From the NCBI GenBank assembly GCA_965224025.1, contig OZ245033.1, positions 3,872,001-3,936,000 on the forward strand: a stretch of 64,000 nt of DNA. Reading direction: 5' to 3'. This DNA comes from Candidatus Multivorans sp. Lineage in GTDB: Bacteria > Acidobacteriota > Thermoanaerobaculia > Multivoradales > Multivoraceae. This document shows positions 40,820 to 50,259 of this stretch, one piece after another (within the stretch, counting starts at the first letter, position 1; each line of letters starts with the position of its first letter). A program made the translations under genes and the position numbers. A model generated the notes under the pieces. The model was not told where the DNA came from and did not search any database. It saw only the letters and a list, made by a program, of their open reading frames with translations.

Positions 40820-43800
40820 TCGCACACCGCAGTCCGACACTCATCGCCGCGACTTCGTGTCTCGCGTGCGGCGTCAAAACGAGGAGGAGTTCGGTCCAAA
40901 CGCCCGGCCAGCCGTCGAGCAACTCCTCTCCGCCGGCCACTCCCATCCTTGGACCTACGCCTACGAACTGACCCAAAACGCTATTGACGCAGGTGCGCGC
41001 CGGGTCGCGTGGCGGCGGAGCGGTGAAAGCACTGTCTGCTTCCAACACGACGGCGTCCAAGCTCTAGACGAGGAACACGTCCGCGCTTTGGCGTCACTCG
41101 GCCAATCCACAAAGGGACTCGCCGCGATCGGGTTCATGGGAGTGGGTTTCAAGTCCGTCTTCGCCCGCTTTCGTCAAGCCCGAATCTCAGGCTTCGGATG
41201 GCGCTTCCGATTCGACATCGCCACTGACCGAGGAGACCTGGGAGCGAGAGTTACGCGTTGGTTCGACACGCTTCTTCCGAAGTGGGACGAAGGGCCTCCA
41301 CGGCTGAATCCGCGTACGGACTACACCACCATCTTTCAGCTGAGCCAACCAGTGGATCCCGATCGGCCTCTGATGGCCGATCTTGACCATCTCGCGGCCC
41401 CCGACGATCCGATCCCGCTGGCGGTCTTGGCGCTCCGCGGCCTCAAAGAGGTACGCGTTGACGACGTGATGTGGCACCTCTCCGCTGAGGACAGCCTCAT
41501 CGAAGTCAGATCGTCGCCTGAGGGGCGGCTCTTCCGGTGGCAGTGGTTTGCCTCCCACTACCGCCCCGGAAACGACGGGATGCGCGCGTTCCTCGAGGCG
41601 CGCCGCAAACTCGAGGAGCAACGTGACGATCAGGGCCAACGGCCGGAGCGGAAAGTCATCGCATTGCTACCGCTGGACAGCGACGGGAGACCCGCTCCAC
41701 GAGATCGCGGGCGCGTCTACGCAACACTCCCGACGCAGACGCCGGTGCCGTTCGGCTTCCACCTACAAGCCGACTGGCTCGTCGATCTCGACCGCCGAAA
41801 CTTGAGGCCGATCGAGGAGAACGCTTGGCAGCAAGCCATCGTGCGGGAGGTGCCCGAACTCGTCCGGCAGATCCTCGTGTGGCTCAAGAAGCAACCCGAA
41901 GAGTCCAAGGAACGAGGGTACCGGCTTCTGGCCGATCCGACAACGGACGACGGCCCGCTTTCCGGTGCGCTCGGACACCTTCAAGAGGACTTCACTAGCG
42001 CGATCGGCGACCTGAGGGTCGTGCCGATTCATGGGCCCAAGGGAGGTGGCTACTGCAGTTTGGGGGGAGCCGCCCGCCTCCCTGGCCGGTTCCGGGACGA
42101 CTTCGGTCGCCGACCGGACTGGCGCCCCGACCTGTTGTTCGACCGGGAACTGGTGCAAGAGCGGATCGTGGGAAAGCGCGGCGCCGACTTCCTTCTCTGG
42201 CTTGGTTGCGCACGGGACGTGGAGGAGAGCGATGTCCGCTGGTCGGAGACGCTGCCCAATTGGTGGACCGCATTGGCCGAACTGGCTGACGCTGAACGCA
42301 CGAATGCCCTGTTCGCCCTTTGGCGAGGCGTCGACGATCAAGGGTGGCATGATGCGCCAGTCGTCCCAACTGAGGCCGGCAAGTGGCTGCCGGCCGGAAG
42401 CACCCGCTGGCTGAACGAGGAACCGCCGTCAGAGAAGGAAAACAGTGGCGCCGTTGTTGCCAGGGCGCTTGCCGATCTCCTTCCGCAACCCGATGAACGC
42501 CTCCCAGCCGGCCTGCGCAGCCGTGTGGCGCAGTCGGGTGACCCCGGCGCCGAGTGGCTCAAGACCAGGCATCAGGAGGTGACCCTCGCGTCGGTCATCA
42601 ACAGCGTCTGCGAGTCCGCCGGGGACAGGGACGAACTCCCCTTGGTTGAACTCTTGGAGTGGGCTCTCGGCCGTGGCGACCGACGACAGGGGCTCGTGCC
42701 TCTCGTAATGACGGAGGACGGCGCTCGTAGACCCAAAGAGGCTGTACTCGCCGATCCGATCGTCGACCACGGCAATTGCCGCCGAAGGCTCTTCCACCGC
42801 AAGGGACCGCTGGTCGAGGACTACGCGATCATCGAAGACCGCCACGCGGCTGTTCTATTCCTTGAACGACTCGATGTTCCCGGTCGGGTCGACCTCAAAT
42901 CGCTGTCCACATGGTACGGGTTGCGTGACAAGCAACAAGTCCAACGGCGCATCGGCGCCGAGGCACCCCAAACAACTCAGCGTAGCGGGTACACGGTTTC
43001 CGACTACGACTTTCCGTTCGAGACTGAAGATGTCCCTCCTGAGGCTTTGCAAGACTGGTTGACTAGCGAGCCTTCACGCCTGCGAGGCCGTGGGCGCTTG
43101 CGAGCAGAAGGCAGTCGCTACGGCCCCCAAGTGAGCCGAGGAACGAAACCCTGCGCCTGGATTCGAGCGCTCCGGGAACATGCTTGGCTGCTTTGCCAGG
43201 ACGGCGAACGCCGCAAGCCCAGCGAGGTCCGGCTCTTGCCCGATCCCGACTACGAGGACGCCCCTGTCGCGGACATCGATCCAGAACTGGCTAGACACCT
43301 GCAGCAGGAAGGCATTGAGTTCGGCATCGCTGTCCCCAAGTCGCCCGCGTTGCGACGCCTTGCAGTGCGTGGCGGCGAGGACATGCCGGACGCTCAGCTC
43401 GCCGCCCTTCTCCGGGAAGTAAAGGAGGATCTGGCCACCGGTACAGCCAGCCGGGTTGAGCTAGCCACCGCACTCGGCGGAGTGAAGCTCCATGAAGCGC
43501 CGCTTCTGACTCGTGTCGTGGAGCGTTGTGGCGCCGGTGAGAGGCTCCGCGGCGACCTAGGTAAATGGGTCGTCGCGCTGTCTTCCGTGAAGGACGAGCT
43601 GGCGGCCGCCGTGAGGGATCTCTCGCTGTCCCTTGCACGGACGACTACCGGACGCCAAGCTCTCGACTTTCTTGTCCATACATGGGAGCAGAAACCCGAC
43701 CGAGTGGAACACGTCCGCGGCCGAGTCGCCGCCGCGTACAGGTACGTGCTGGAGGACCTTGAGGTCGGCGAACTTTCGCTTTCCGACTGGCAGGAGCACA

Positions 43801-43958
43801 GGAACCGGGCTTGGCGTTCGGTCTACGAATCCTCGCTCGTTGTGGACGACGTCCAGTCCCCGTTTGTTCGCCAGCTCCTGGCGGACGACCGGATTACGGT
43901 CGCGGCTGCTCACTTGGGCGAAACACGCAAGCAGATCCGCCGAGTGGCGGAACTCCTA

Positions 43959-45095
43959 GTGTAGTGTCTCCGACATGGGTTGACAGTTTCGGTTAAGTTC
44001 GTCAGTATTCCGTTCATGTGGGAACCAGCGGAACGACTTGACATCGAAGAGAGCGATCGAGCGCTTCTCAAGAAATGCGTAGAGGCGCCGACGACGCCGC
44101 AACGCACGGTCCGGCGTAGCCGGATCGTGCTCGCTGCGGCGGAGGGCACGGCCAATCGGGCGATCGCGGCGAAACTCGGAGTTTCGCGGCCCACGGTGCT
44201 GCTGTGGCGTCGTCGGTTCGCGGAGGACGGGCCTTCGGGGCTGACCAGGGATCGTCCCCGCGGTTGCGGAAAGCCGCCGCTCTCGGAGTCGGTCGTGCGT
44301 AAAGTGATCGAAGCGACGCTGCACGAGAAGCCGCCCGGTCAGACCCACTGGAGCGTGCGTTCGATGGCTCGGGCCCAGGGCATCAGTCCGGCGGCGGTCC
44401 AGCGCATCTGGGCGGCGCACGGGCTGAAGCCCCATCTGGTCAGGACGTTCAAGCTGAGTAACGACCCCAGGTTCGTGGAAAAGCTGCGGGACGTTGTGGG
44501 CCTGTACCGGAATCCGCCCGAGAATGCGCTTGTGCTGTGCGTGGACGAGAAGAGCCAGATCCAGGCTCTGGACCGGACCCAGCCGGGTTTGCCGCTCAAG
44601 CGCGGCCGCGCGGGAACGATGACCCACGACTACAAGCGCAACGGGACGACGACGTTGTTCGCTGCGCTGAACGTGTTGGAGGGCACGGTGATCGCGGAGT
44701 GCATGGGCCGGCAGCGCCACCAGGAGTTTCTCCGTTTCCTCAAGCGTCTCGACCGTGAGATCCCAAAGCACCTCGACCTGCACCTGATCCTGGACAACTA
44801 CCAGACCCACAAACACGCCGCCGTGCGCGCATGGCTGGAGCGAAAGCCTCGCTTCCACCTCCATTTCATTCCCACTTCGTCGCCCTGGCTTAACCTGGTC
44901 GAACGCTGGCTGGGCGGTCTGACCACGAAGGCGATCCGGCGCGGTGCATTCCAGAGCGTCAACGACCTCGTAAAGACCATCTACGACTATGTGGACCACA
45001 GCAACGAAAACTCCCGGCCGTTCGTCTGGACGGCCACCGCCGACAGCATCGTCGCAAAGGTTACACGTGGTAAAGCCATGTTGGAGACACTACAC
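43959..45095 (+). mobile_element. IS630-family insertion sequence
   Basis: Terminal IRs GTGTAGTGTCTCCGACATGG / CCATGTTGGAGACACTACAC (one mismatch in 20 bp); TA duplication at 43957-58 and 45096-97. Confidence 0.95.
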
Positions 45096-45098
45096 TAG
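44016..45098 (+). CDS. IS630 transposase
   Basis: HTH region; DDE residues in CVDEKS, ILDNY, NLVERW; the stop codon is formed by the duplicated target TA plus flanking G. Confidence 0.95.
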   Translation: MWEPAERLDIEESDRALLKKCVEAPTTPQRTVRRSRIVLAAAEGTANRAIAAKLGVSRPTVLLWRRRFAEDGPSGLTRDRPRGCGKPPLSESVVRKVIEATLHEKPPGQTHWSVRSMARAQGISPAAVQRIWAAHGLKPHLVRTFKLSNDPRFVEKLRDVVGLYRNPPENALVLCVDEKSQIQALDRTQPGLPLKRGRAGTMTHDYKRNGTTTLFAALNVLEGTVIAECMGRQRHQEFLRFLKRLDREIPKHLDLHLILDNYQTHKHAAVRAWLERKPRFHLHFIPTSSPWLNLVERWLGGLTTKAIRRGAFQSVNDLVKTIYDYVDHSNENSRPFVWTATADSIVAKVTRGKAMLETLH

Positions 45099-46236
45099 AT
45101 GTAAGCCTGCTGTCGGACCAAATCGAGGTCCGTCCCGGCACTCCCCTCAGCCACGAACCGCCTTGGGCGGGCCGACTCCAGCGAGTTGTCCAGACGCTGG
45201 CGTCCCTTGAGGATCGGCAGGCGCTACGGAAGCTGGCCTACTACGACGGCCTCACCCTGCGGGTCGGGGACTCGGAGCGCCCCGTCCGTGCATATGTTGA
45301 AGGTCGTGCCCTCCGACTCGTCGGCGAGCCTTCCGATTTCGCAGTAGAAGCCGCAGACCAGCTCGTGAACTACTTTCAACTCCGCCAGCGGGGAAACGAT
45401 GTCGCGTGGCTCACGGGAGCGCTGTTCGCACTGGAAGGGGCTGAGACCTTTCGGACTCACCTCAAGATGCTGGCGGATGGCCTCGGCGTGGAGGCCGATC
45501 TCGACGATCTGGAGCCCGACCACTCGGCTGAACCCCAAACCGACCACCACCAAGGCCGAAGACCGGACACCGCGCAGGAGCGGCCGGACGCGAAGTCGGT
45601 CCCAGAGTCGCGTCCGGCAGCAAACCAAGTCGCGATCTTCGTCCAGCCCGGAGAAAACGAGGAGACCGCCGTGAAAACACCCGGCAGCCCCTCAGCCAAG
45701 ACCGGAACGATGCCGAGAAGCGACGCGAAGGCCCGGAAGGCAGTGGTCAGATTCGAGAACGAGCAAGGCCGGCGTGCGGCGGATATGCCAGCCAACCAGC
45801 CCGGCTACGATGTCCTCAGCCGAGATCGGAGCACGGGCAGGGAGTTGCGCCGGATCGAAGTGAAGGGTGTCCAGGGGCGATTCGACGGAAGACACGCCAG
45901 CGTTCTCCTGTCAGTCCGACAGGTCAACGATGCCTTGAAGGAGGAGGGCGGCGCTGAGTACTGGCTCTACGTCGTCGATTCGACCGAAACAGCGAGGCCG
46001 CGCGTGTTCCCATTGCCGTGGACCCGCTGGCATCAGAAGCTGCGCTATGGCTTCTTTGCTAGTGCCTGGATCCAGCACGCCGAAGACCCGAGCCAACCCA
46101 CGAATCCGGACGAGGCCTCGTAGCTCGGTCAGGCTGCCCCGAAGCGTCGGCCAGCGGAACTGCGTAACGGTGGCCAATGCAACCAAGCGCCGTCCCCGAG
46201 CGCTGCAGTGAGCCGTACCGGCGATAAGCTGCCGCG

Positions 46237-48141
46237 ATGACAAGACGACCTGTTGTGGCGATCAGCGCCCTGGCCCTCGCCTTCGCCGTGACGGCTGCCG
46301 AAGCCCAGCGCACCGTCAAGCCCGTCCTGCACGGCCGCCACTGGGTCGCCGTCACCGGCAAACCTCTGGCCGCCACGGCCGGCGCCACGATCTTCGCCCG
46401 CGGCGGCAATGCCGTCGACGCGACCTGCGCGATGCTGGCCGCGACCTCGACGATGTGGGACACGCTCGGCTGGGGTGGCGAGACGCAGGCGCTGATCTTC
46501 GATCCGCGCACGCGGGAGGTGATCGGAATCAACGCACTTGGGGTGGCCCCTACCGGCGCCACGGTCGACTTCTTCCGCGAACGGAACTTCGTCTATCCGC
46601 CGGAGTACGGTCCGCTCGCGGCTGTGACGCCGGGCACCCCGGGCGGGCTCATCGTGATGCTCGCGCACTACGGCACGATGAGCCTCGCCGAGGTCCTCGA
46701 ACCCGCGATGCAGATGGCCGACGGCTATCCGATCGAGCAGTCGCAGGCGGACAACATCGAGCGGCGCAAGGAAATACTGCAGCAGTGGCCGGACTCGGCG
46801 CGCGTCTTCCTGCCCCACCTGTCGTCGGCAAAGGGGGGCGAGGATCGCGCGGCGCCGCGCGCCGGCGAGATCTTCCGCCAACCGGACCTGCTGGACACGC
46901 TCCGCAAACTGGTCGAGGCGGAGGCCGCGGCGCTGAAGCAGGGCAAGAGCCGCGAGCAGGCCCTGGGGGCCGCCTACGACCGCTTCTACCGCGGCGACAT
47001 CGCCGAAGAGTTCGTCCGCGGCTCGCGGGAACTCGGCGGCCTGCACACGATGGCCGACCTCGACGGCTGGCAGGTCCACATCGAGGCGCCGGTGCACGCG
47101 AACTACCGCGGAATCGACGTCTACAAGCTGACCTCCTGGGTCCAGGGACCGGTGATGCTGCAGTCTCTGAACATCCTCGAGAACGCCGACCTGGTGTCGA
47201 TGGGCTACAACTCGGCCCGCTACATCCACGCCGTCTACCAGGCAATGAACCTGGCTTTCGCGGACCGCGACTTCTACTACGGCGACCCGTACTACCCGCC
47301 GGAGGAGCCGCTTGAAGGCCTGCTCTCGAAGGACTACGCCCGCGCGCGCTACGAGTCGATCGACTGGGAGCAGAACGACGAGGACGCCCGCCCCGGCGAT
47401 CCGTACGCGTTCCAGGAGGGCGAGCATCCCTTCCACGACCTGCTCGAACAGTGGACGCCGATCCCGCCGGGGGCGGACGCCGAGGGCGAGGAGGGCTTCC
47501 AGCAGGCGTCGGCCGGCCGAACGCGGCTGCCCCGAATGACCTACGAGGAGGCGTTCACCGCCGGCACAACCTCGATCCAGGCCGCCGACGCCGACGGCTG
47601 GGTCGTGTCCGTCACCCCCAGCGGCGCCTGGATTCCCGCCGTGATCGCGGGCCGCACCGGCATCGGCATGAGCCAGCGGATGCAGAGCTTCGTGCTCGAC
47701 CCGAGGCTCAATCCGTACAACCTGCCCGAGCCGGGGAAGCGCCCGCGCGCCACCCTGACGCCCGGTATGGCGCTTCTGGACGGCTCTCCGTACCTGTCCT
47801 TCGCCGTCCAGGGCGGCGACACCCAAGACCAGAATCTGCTCCAGTTCTTCTTGGGCGTGGTCGAGTTCGGCATGAACGTCCAGCAGGCGGTGGAGGCGGC
47901 GAACATCACCAGCCACCAGATGCAGAGTTCCTTCGGCGCCCACGAGTCCCGGCCGGGAGACATCGACGTGCGCCGGGACGTGCCGCCGTGGGTGCGCGAA
48001 GAACTCCGCAACATGGGCTACCGTGTACGCGCGCTCGACCGCACCTCGGGGCCGATCACCGCGATCTGGTTCGACCGTGGGAACGGGACGATGTGGGGCG
48101 GCGCCAGCGACTTCGGCGACGACTACGGCATCGCGTGGTAG
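46237..48141 (+). CDS. Gamma-glutamyltransferase family protein (secreted)
   Basis: GGNAVDA, FYRGDIA, AFADRD, GTTS nucleophile, PGKRPRATLTP; signal peptide. Confidence 0.9.
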   Translation: MTRRPVVAISALALAFAVTAAEAQRTVKPVLHGRHWVAVTGKPLAATAGATIFARGGNAVDATCAMLAATSTMWDTLGWGGETQALIFDPRTREVIGINALGVAPTGATVDFFRERNFVYPPEYGPLAAVTPGTPGGLIVMLAHYGTMSLAEVLEPAMQMADGYPIEQSQADNIERRKEILQQWPDSARVFLPHLSSAKGGEDRAAPRAGEIFRQPDLLDTLRKLVEAEAAALKQGKSREQALGAAYDRFYRGDIAEEFVRGSRELGGLHTMADLDGWQVHIEAPVHANYRGIDVYKLTSWVQGPVMLQSLNILENADLVSMGYNSARYIHAVYQAMNLAFADRDFYYGDPYYPPEEPLEGLLSKDYARARYESIDWEQNDEDARPGDPYAFQEGEHPFHDLLEQWTPIPPGADAEGEEGFQQASAGRTRLPRMTYEEAFTAGTTSIQAADADGWVVSVTPSGAWIPAVIAGRTGIGMSQRMQSFVLDPRLNPYNLPEPGKRPRATLTPGMALLDGSPYLSFAVQGGDTQDQNLLQFFLGVVEFGMNVQQAVEAANITSHQMQSSFGAHESRPGDIDVRRDVPPWVREELRNMGYRVRALDRTSGPITAIWFDRGNGTMWGGASDFGDDYGIAW

Positions 48142-48234
48142 GCGATCGCCTTGCCATCGGCTTAGGTCGTGAGGACGAGACCGCTGTTCCTTGGTGTTGG
48201 TAGAGTTCTGCTCCTGAACGACCCGGCGCGGCAG

Positions 48235-48441
48235 ATGCGACTGACAATCGAAACAGAGCGCGAGGACGATGGCCGCTGGATTGCGGAGGTCATCGAGCTC
48301 GCAGGCGTCATGGCCTACGGAGAGAGCCGCGAAGACGCCATGAGGCGAGCGAAGGCACTGGCTCTTCGCGTTGTCGCCGAGCGGATGGAGCAGGGTGAGC
48401 CCTCGGCGAGGGCGACCACCATCCGGTTTGCCGCTGCGTGA
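48235..48441 (+). CDS. hicB: Short HicB antitoxin
   Basis: EREDDGRWIAEVIELAGVMAYGESREDA. Confidence 0.85.
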   Translation: MRLTIETEREDDGRWIAEVIELAGVMAYGESREDAMRRAKALALRVVAERMEQGEPSARATTIRFAAA

Positions 48442-48650
48442 GTGCTTGGCCAACCGTCAAGGCTCGACGGGTGTTAGCCGCCTTGGTGCGCATCGGGTGG
48501 CGGGTCGAAAGATCATCGGGTTCTCACAAGACCCTCTCGCGTCCCGGCTGGCCGAAGTACGTGTTCGCGTTTCGCGGCGCCGAAGAAATCGGGCCGCGCA
48601 TGTTGGCCCGTATCGCCAAGAGAACCGGTCTGAGCCGGGACGATCTCTGA
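48438..48650 (+). CDS. hicA: HicA toxin
   Basis: VLAALVRIGW...GSHKTL...EIGPRMLARIAK; GTGA overlap. Confidence 0.85.
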   Translation: MSAWPTVKARRVLAALVRIGWRVERSSGSHKTLSRPGWPKYVFAFRGAEEIGPRMLARIAKRTGLSRDDL

Positions 48651-48701
48651 GATCAGAAGCGTCGGGGTTAGAGGCCTATCACTCCGTACCACCGCCCCTC
48701 G

Positions 48702-50150
48702 ATGACCGACGCGACAGTGACCGGTGAGTTCCGGCCCCGGAAGCCAGACTGCATCACCGCCCGAGCGAGGAGCGCGGCCCTCTACCGCCTGTGTGTGCTG
48801 GGCTACACGGAGGTTTACTGCACGTCCCTCCATCTCTGCCTGTCGGGCAAGCGTCCGCCTCGTCTTGAACTCGTCATCGACGAGACGATGCCGCAGATTG
48901 AGCTCAAGCGAGGCTGGTTCTGGTGCCGGTTGACCGTTCACACGGCCCCGGGCCGCTCGGTCCGCATCGGCGGGCTCGGCCGGCAACGGGCGGAAGCGAT
49001 CGGCCAGGCAGTAGCGGCCGCCAGAGGCGCCGCGGCGGCGGCCCAACGGAAGGCCGAGAGGGTCGGTCCCCGCCTGATCGATCTCGCGGAAGAGGCCATC
49101 CGGACTTTCGATGGCACGCGCTACATCCGCCATTCGTCCGCCCGACCCATCCTCCGTAGGATCCAGAGCGCCGCCAAGGATTGCCGTTCCGATCTTGTCC
49201 GCCGTCAACTCGACCCCGGCGCCGCCGCGGCGCTGCGGATTCTTGAAGAGACCGGCGTCGCGAAGAAACGCTTTGAAGCGTCCCGCGAAGCCGCCAACGA
49301 GAGTTCGTGGTCTCGGCCAGATCCCAGATCCTGGAGGCGGCCGCGGGCGTCACTCAACACTCGCCGACTACTGAGCAGGCGGCCGCCATGGCGACCGACG
49401 AGGACGTCACCCTGGTGCGTGCCGGGGCCGGCGCCGCAGTCCGTCCCTGGCCGACATCGAGGTATGGACTTTCAACAGTTTCGGCCATCGTGTGATCGCC
49501 GAAACCACCGTCGCGCCAACCCTCTCGCGCTTCGCAGGAAACGACAAGCGGCTGGCTCAGGCCATCACCGTTTGGCTCAAGGGAGTGCCGAACCTCCTCC
49601 TCTCGTTCATCGCCTACCGGCGCAACGCATACCGCTCCCCATTCGACTTCAGAACCACCGCGGAATACACCGACTACGTCCATTCGTGCGAACCCCGCAC
49701 CCTGAGCGGCGACAAGGTCAAGAGCCTGGAGGAGGTTCAGGTGAACTTCCTTTCCCTGCACGGCGTCGACTTCGAATACGAGGCGAACTACAGGGTTCCG
49801 AGGGCGAGCAGCCTCCACCGCCAGTACGAGCCGGACTTCTACCTTCCCGATCACGACCTCTACATCGAGCATTTCGCCCTGGACAAGGACGGTCGAGCGC
49901 CTAGGCTGCACGAACAGCCCGATCTGCAACCATCTTGCACCCCGTTGCTGGGAGTGCCGCAGCGGCTACCTGGTGGCCGAGTCGGGCCGCGATGAGTCCG
50001 ACGACGGCGCCCGTGCGCCCTGCAGCAACCTCAACTGCCACAACGAGGCCCCGCTCTGCCCTGAATGCCGCGAAGGCACGCTCGTCCCGAAAGACGGCCC
50101 CTACGGGCCACCGCAGCTACGCTGACCTCCTCGGAGCTGCACCGCAAGGA
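48702..50150 (+). pseudogene. Decayed UvrD-like helicase IV with topoisomerase C4 zinc ribbons
   Basis: Ordered fragments in different frames: TTEQAAA...LVRAGAG (cut Walker A), KVKSLEE...YEPDFYLP...EHFALD, then CTNSPICNH...CWECRSG...CPECREG. Confidence 0.75.
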
Positions 50151-50259
50151 GGACCGCCCCCGATCGACTTCCTGGTCTGTCGATAGACTGCCGACCGGGA
50201 TCGGCCGCCCCGGCCCCAAATGCCCGGACCAGCCCCCAGTTCAACCAGGAGCTACCGCC

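Larger units (their letters stand above)
40857..46123 (+). pseudogene. Sacsin-like GHKL ATPase-DUF3883 protein interrupted by IS630
   Basis: YELTQNAIDA, HDG, GFMGVGFKS (GHKL boxes); C-terminal GYDVLS...RIEVKG...YWLYVV (DUF3883/NOV-C). Excising the IS and one TA gives a continuous 1375-codon ORF. Confidence 0.85.

Noticed and set aside
40270-50150. Integron cassette array (TA and defence genes in tandem)
   Set aside because: No attC-like RYYYAAC...GTTRRRY sites or integrase were recognised, and a core GGT gene lies in between.
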